From positions 1,426,001-1,490,000 of the forward strand of contig OZ037837.1 in assembly GCA_964035575.1 (NCBI GenBank): 64,000 nt of DNA, read 5' to 3'. The position numbers were made by a program, and so were the translations under genes. Below, in pieces: positions 58,946 to 64,000 of the stretch. Within the stretch, counting starts at the first letter, position 1. Every line of letters starts with the position of its first letter. This DNA is from Rhynchopus sp. YZ270_cl-10. Lineage: Eukaryota. The notes beneath the pieces were generated by a model. The model did not search any database. It was not told where the DNA came from and saw nothing but the letters and a program-made list of their open reading frames with translations.

Positions 58946-60740
58946 TTACATGAATACGGATGAGCTAATACTGGGTAACCCTGCTTGAGCAGAGTTCTTG
59001 ATGATCCCGGGTGACTCCAGGGTTAGAGTTCTTGTGGCTTCTCGCATGGGTTGGTTCTGCTTGCGTAGAGATCTTGTTGATCCCGGGTGATAAAGAGACT
59101 GAGTGCCGTATGGGCTCGTCTTTCCAGGGTTAGAGGTCTCGATGCCACTTGTAGGCTTGTTGATCCCGGGTGATAAGAGATGAGCGCCAGTTGGGCTTGT
59201 CTCTCCAGGGGTAGAGCTCTGTGGTCTCATGCATTACTGTTGTATCTATGCTCGGATGTTTTTCGTGTCTGCTTGCACTGTTTTTTCTGTCCTGTTACAA
59301 GAACACTGATGAGTTTATATGGCCCTGCCTGAGCAGAGTTCTTGATGATCCCGGGTGATAAGACTGAGGGCCGGATGGGCTCGTCTTTCATGGGTTAGAG
59401 TTCTTGCTCGGGGGATTTTTCGCTCTCTCTGTGGTGTTTGTGTTCTGTTATGTTACTTGTACACTGTTTTGTTTCTTCCTGTGGCACAAAAGCGGATGAG
59501 CTGATACTGAGTAACCCTGCTTGAGCAGAGCTCTTGATGATCCCGGGTGACTCCAGGGTTAGAGTTCTTGTGGCTTCTCGCATGGGTTGGTTCTGCTTGC
59601 GTAGAGATCTTGTTGATCCCGGGTGATAAAGAGACTGAGTGCCGTATGGGCTCGTCTTTCCAGGGTTAGAGGTCTCGATGCCACTTGTAGGCTTGTTGAT
59701 CCCGGGTGATAGGAGATGTGCGCCAGGTGGGCTTGTCTCTCCAGGGGTAGAGCTCTGTGGTCTCATGAATTACCGTTGTATTTATGCTCGGATGTTTTTT
59801 GTGTCTGTTTGCTCTGTCTTCCTTTCCTGTTACATGAATGCGGATGAGTATACACTTGGTGGTCCTGCTTGAGAAAAGTCCTTGGTTGAGCCCTAGTGTG
59901 AGACTGAGTGCCGAGGGGGCTAGTCTTTCATGGGTGATGAGTTCTTGTGATCTCTTGTGTGGATCGTGTATTTGATGTTCGGATATGTTTCATGGTTTTT
60001 CGTTTCTATGTGCTGTTTGCACTTTGTTTGTTTCTTTTGCGCCGCGAACACTGATGAGTTTTATACTTGGTAACCCTGCGTGAGTACAGTTCTTGGATGA
60101 GCCTGGTGAGAGATTAAGTTCTTGGTTGAGCCAGGTGACGAGTTCTTGTGACGTCTCGTATGGGGGTCCTGCTTGAGTGAAGTTCTTGGTTGAGCTAGGT
60201 GAGAGATTAAGTTCTTGCTGGAGCCTAGTGATGAGTTCTTGGGATCTCTCGTATGGATTGGTCTTGCTTGGGTGAGTTCTTGGTTGAGCTAGGTTAGAGA
60301 TTAAGTTCTTGGTGGAGCCTAGTGATGAGTTCTCGGGATCTCTTGCTTGACTTGAGTATTTTGCTCGATGGTTTCTCGTGGTTTTTCTGTGCCTTTTGCA
60401 CTCTGTTTTGTTTCTTCTGCATCACGTATACTGATGAGTTTTATACTTGGTAACCCTGCGTGAGTACAGTTCTTGGATGAGCCTGGTGAGAGATTAAGTT
60501 CTTGGTTGAGCCAGGTGACGAGTTCTTGTGACGTCTCGTATGGGGGTCCTGCTTGAGTGAGGTTCTTGGTTGAGCTAGGTGAGAGATTAAGTTCTTGCTG
60601 GAGCCTAGTGATGAGTTCTTGTGATCTCTCGTATGGATTGGTCTTGCTTGGGTGAGTTCTTGGTTGAGCTAGGTTAGAGATTAAGTTCTTGGTGGAGCCT
60701 AGTGATGAGTTCTCGGGATCTCTTGCTTGACTTGAGTATT
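58946..60740. repeat. Higher-order degenerate tandem repeat (periods ~536 bp then ~380 bp)
   Basis: 58958-59300 recurs at 59493-59840; 60050-60360 recurs at 60430-60740. Built from gagttctt(g), gatcccgggtga and gatgag submotifs. Confidence 0.85.
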
Positions 60741-62215
60741 AGCTTCTCGGATGTTTTTTTGATGCTCTCTCCCGGTGCTGTTTGCACTCTGTTTTGCCAT
60801 TCTTTTTCGCTGCATGAAAGTCAAATGAGTCTGTACCTGTATTTAAGTTAAGATCCTGGTTGATCTCGTGGATTGGACAGAGCACTTGTGGGCTCGCCTG
60901 TCCGGGGAAGAGAGCTGGGGGTCTCTCGTAGGACAGAGTGCGGGATACTCGGGTGTCCTTCGTGTTTCTTTCTCGGTGCCGTGTGCACCCTTCGCTCCCC
61001 TGGCTCCATGAATGTTAGTGTTGTTTTTTCTCCTACATAGTGCTCTTGTAGTCCTTTAGTGGATTGAGTGCTGGATGCTTGCTAACATCTCTTGTGACTT
61101 TCTTACGATTTTTTCTGTTACGCTCGTCGTAGCGCTTTCTTGTGACGCTTCTCTGTTCCCTCTCTGGAACATGTATACATGTTTCTATTTGCTCTGTCAG
61201 TACACAGCCTAGCGGCGTGTCTGCTCTTACGTATCTCTTGTTCTTTGTCATAAAGCAGAAAAATATGCAAAATGCAGCAAACTTTAAAAAACCCCTGCAC
61301 CTGTGTTGTCATGGTTTCCCTTGTTTCGAGTGCGAAACGTTTCTCCATGTATTGCACGGGAAACAATATGACAAACAGGTGCAGGGTGGTTCCGTGCTTA
61401 TCATAGAACCTGGCACCTTGTGTGTCTCCCAAAAACCAAAAAAGCGTTGTGTGTGTAGTTTTGAAGGAAGGAAAAATAAAATTAGGTTGAAAATAAAGTC
61501 AGAGGAAACAAAACTTCTCATGATGTGCAACGTGGTTGAAGTGAATGTGATACGGAAAACAACATGCCATGGTTATAGAACGCACTCCTTCACTTTACTC
61601 CTCTCCTCCTTCTTCTTCATCCTCCGCACACCCCCTCTAAAATTCTGAGGTAGCTGCACTGCCTGACATCCTCATCCTGTTCCTTCTACACCACTTAGCC
61701 AAAATCTTAACGTACTCTATTGATTCTAAAATTCTAAAATGGGGTGGGGAAAAAATTGTGAATAGAAAAATGGGGGAGATATTGAAAAGTGGGAATGCTT
61801 CCTCACCAGATCACACAAATACACAGAAATTCACAGAAATAGTTCAAGATTACGGACTACCCTGTTGTATTGAAACAGTGTGGGAGAAGAGTGAGGAGCA
61901 CAAGAATCGTCTTCGCGTATACTAAAAGATTTCCTAAGATATGCCACAAGTGTTATGTCACCGAAAACAACAATACGATCATATCATCAAGTATACTTTG
62001 ACCACAATTGGTAAGAGAATCAACCCTCGACAACCCCAAGAAAGAATCATTACACACCATGATGTTTGGCAAACCACAATCCTGTGTGTTTGCAGGGTAT
62101 TTTCAAATTGCCTTGCTTTGTCAGAGTTTGTTGAAACACATATTTAACCCACCAATCTTATTTGTTGTTGCGAAGTGACACCACCAACATCAAACACAAC
62201 AGACCCCTTAACAAT

Positions 62216-63301
62216 ATGATGGATGTGACCTTTGTGCTGGAAGAGTCAGGCGTGACTGCGACAGTGGAGGTGCCGTGCGAAGCGGACGCTGCAGCGGCAA
62301 AGGAGGTTGCGTGCACGGCGCTTGCTGTCTCGCCTGCGTCTGTCGAGATGCGCATCGGCACGCAGGTGGTGGAGGGGACGTGCCGTCTGCGGGACACTGC
62401 ATTTGATGCAGGGGTGCAGGTTGTGCTTGCTCGCCCTCGCTTGGCCGACATCAAGTGTCCTGCTGAACACGTTTTAGAGGGGTGCGCGACGTCGTTGACG
62501 CTGTCGCGTTGTGGAACGCTCTGCATCTATAGTCATGGGAGAGGGCATGTTGGCGGCTTCGACACAGAAACCTTCGAAACTTCCTTCGAATTCACAATTG
62601 GTCGTTCTGTGTTCGGTGCGCCTGCCATCTCGCAGTGCAAGACACGCTGTTACCTGCCATGTAGGAACTGCCTTCTCGAGCTTGCACTTCCGGGAGGGGA
62701 GGTGGTCCGCAAAGTCGACGGCTACTCCAAATCTATGCTCGCGTGTGGCGGTGTTGTTGTCTCGAAGGGCAATGACAGCGTCTCTGTGTACGACGAAGAC
62801 CTGACGTTGCTCCGCTCTCTCTCGCGCGAGGGGTGTTGGGACGTGGCAGTGTCGGACTGTGGTGGGTGGGTGATCACCTCCTCCCACCTTCAGAAGAAGG
62901 CGCGTCTGTGGGATGTGAACACAGGTGTTGCTGTGGCATGTGTGCCTGTGGACGGGTGGTATGTGGCGCTTTCACGATCTGCCTCTGTCTTTGCTGTGGG
63001 ACAGAGAAACAGCGCTCACCTCTATGATTGGAGTGGTGCGGCACTTCGCAGTGTTGATGTGGATGGGTTTGTCGGGCGCATGCAGTTCACCCCGTGTGGG
63101 AAGTACCTTGTGGTGAAGGTAGATGATGCGGAATCTCGTGATACCCACCTGCGGCAGTATGATGTGGCGACCATGTCCTGTGTGCGTGTGATACCGCAGT
63201 GCGGTGCATTTGCGATATCGCCGTGTTCACGTGTCGTTGTGGCATTGGAAGAAAGTACCAACATTGTGACAAGACATCTGTACCCACACAACAATGAGTG
63301 A
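62216..63301 (+). CDS. Family D copy 1: UBL plus WD40-like propeller
   Basis: MMDVTFVLEESGVTATVEV...LRDTAFDAGVQVVL UBL-like; ARLWDV, AHLYDW and FTPCG blades. Confidence 0.8.
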   Translation: MMDVTFVLEESGVTATVEVPCEADAAAAKEVACTALAVSPASVEMRIGTQVVEGTCRLRDTAFDAGVQVVLARPRLADIKCPAEHVLEGCATSLTLSRCGTLCIYSHGRGHVGGFDTETFETSFEFTIGRSVFGAPAISQCKTRCYLPCRNCLLELALPGGEVVRKVDGYSKSMLACGGVVVSKGNDSVSVYDEDLTLLRSLSREGCWDVAVSDCGGWVITSSHLQKKARLWDVNTGVAVACVPVDGWYVALSRSASVFAVGQRNSAHLYDWSGAALRSVDVDGFVGRMQFTPCGKYLVVKVDDAESRDTHLRQYDVATMSCVRVIPQCGAFAISPCSRVVVALEESTNIVTRHLYPHNNE

Positions 63302-63482
63302 TGTGTGAAGGGGAGGGGAGGGAGAGGAGTGATCAATCTAACCCAGGGTACCAGCAAAAAAAAACCCAACACCCCCAAGAAACCCCTTTTGGCCTGTTGC
63401 AGGAACATATGCTCATCCTCCTTATTAGTCGTTGCGAAGTGACACCACCATCCACATCAAACACAACAGACCCCTTAACAAT

Positions 63483-64000
63483 ATGATGGATGTGACCTTT
63501 GTGCTGGAAGAGTCAGGCTTGACTGCGACAGTGGAGGTGCCGTGCGAGGCGAACGTTGCAGCGGCAAAGGAGGTTGCGTGCACGGCGCTTGCTGTCTCGC
63601 CTGCGTCTGTCGAGATGCGCATCGGCACGCAGGTGCTGGAGGGGACGTGCCGTTTGCAGGACACTGCGTTTGATGCAGGGGTGCAGGTTGTGCTTGCCCG
63701 CTGCTTTGCCGACATCAAGTGTCCTGCTGAGTGCAGTCTAGAGGCGCGACCAAGAACGCAGAAGAGAGAACGGGGGCACGTATCGCTGTCGCCTTGTGGA
63801 GCACTCTGCCTCTTTACACACGAGGATGGCTATGTCACCGGCCTCGATACAGAAACCTTCAACACTGCTTTCAAGTTCAAACTAGATATTAATGTGTTAA
63901 GTGCGCCTGCCATCACACGATGCAAGACACGCTGCTACGTGGCGTGTCTGGAAGAAGGTCTGCACAAGATTGCGCTTCCGGGAGGGGAGGTGCTCCGCAA
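63483..64000 (+). CDS. Family D copy 2 (runs off the window end)
   Basis: Open frame from the ATG at 63483; UBL nearly identical to copy 1, propeller diverged. Confidence 0.8.
   Translation, partial: MMDVTFVLEESGLTATVEVPCEANVAAAKEVACTALAVSPASVEMRIGTQVLEGTCRLQDTAFDAGVQVVLARCFADIKCPAECSLEARPRTQKRERGHVSLSPCGALCLFTHEDGYVTGLDTETFNTAFKFKLDINVLSAPAITRCKTRCYVACLEEGLHKIALPGGEVLR

Noticed and set aside
59287..60460. CTGATGAG motifs as hammerhead ribozyme cores
   Set aside because: No stem II followed by GAAA could be found downstream.

Overview
Eukaryotic, repeat-rich window. All recognisable genes lie on the + strand and are almost intron-free. Together with a possible Ingi/RIME-like retroposon, this suggests a euglenozoan-type protist (inference only). 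After a single-copy TauE/SafE transporter with two inserted SAM domains (one GT-AG intron), about 57 kb is a tandem array of five related architectures. Each has an integral ubiquitin-like (UBL) domain fused to a repeat-protein recognition module: (A) B-box1/B-box2/coiled-coil/UBL/BspA-type LRR, 5 copies plus an orphan LRR fragment; a UBL-LRR gene; (B) UBL/beta-propeller/C-terminal CVCS prenylation-like motif, 8 copies; (C) and (D) UBL/propeller, 2 copies each. An ankyrin gene also lies in the array. In A and B the N-terminal part is nearly invariant, while discrete LRR and propeller positions are hypervariable and mosaic, making this a candidate diversified receptor-to-ubiquitin/proteasome system. 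Intergenic DNA holds non-autonomous TIR transposons with exact TSDs (MULE-like, hAT-like, Tc1/pogo-like); two carry long perfect G-rich satellites. It also holds a 605-bp retroposon with a 19-bp TSD and an HDV-ribozyme-like 5' end, an RT remnant and a higher-order tandem repeat. All domain calls are by eye; no searches were run.
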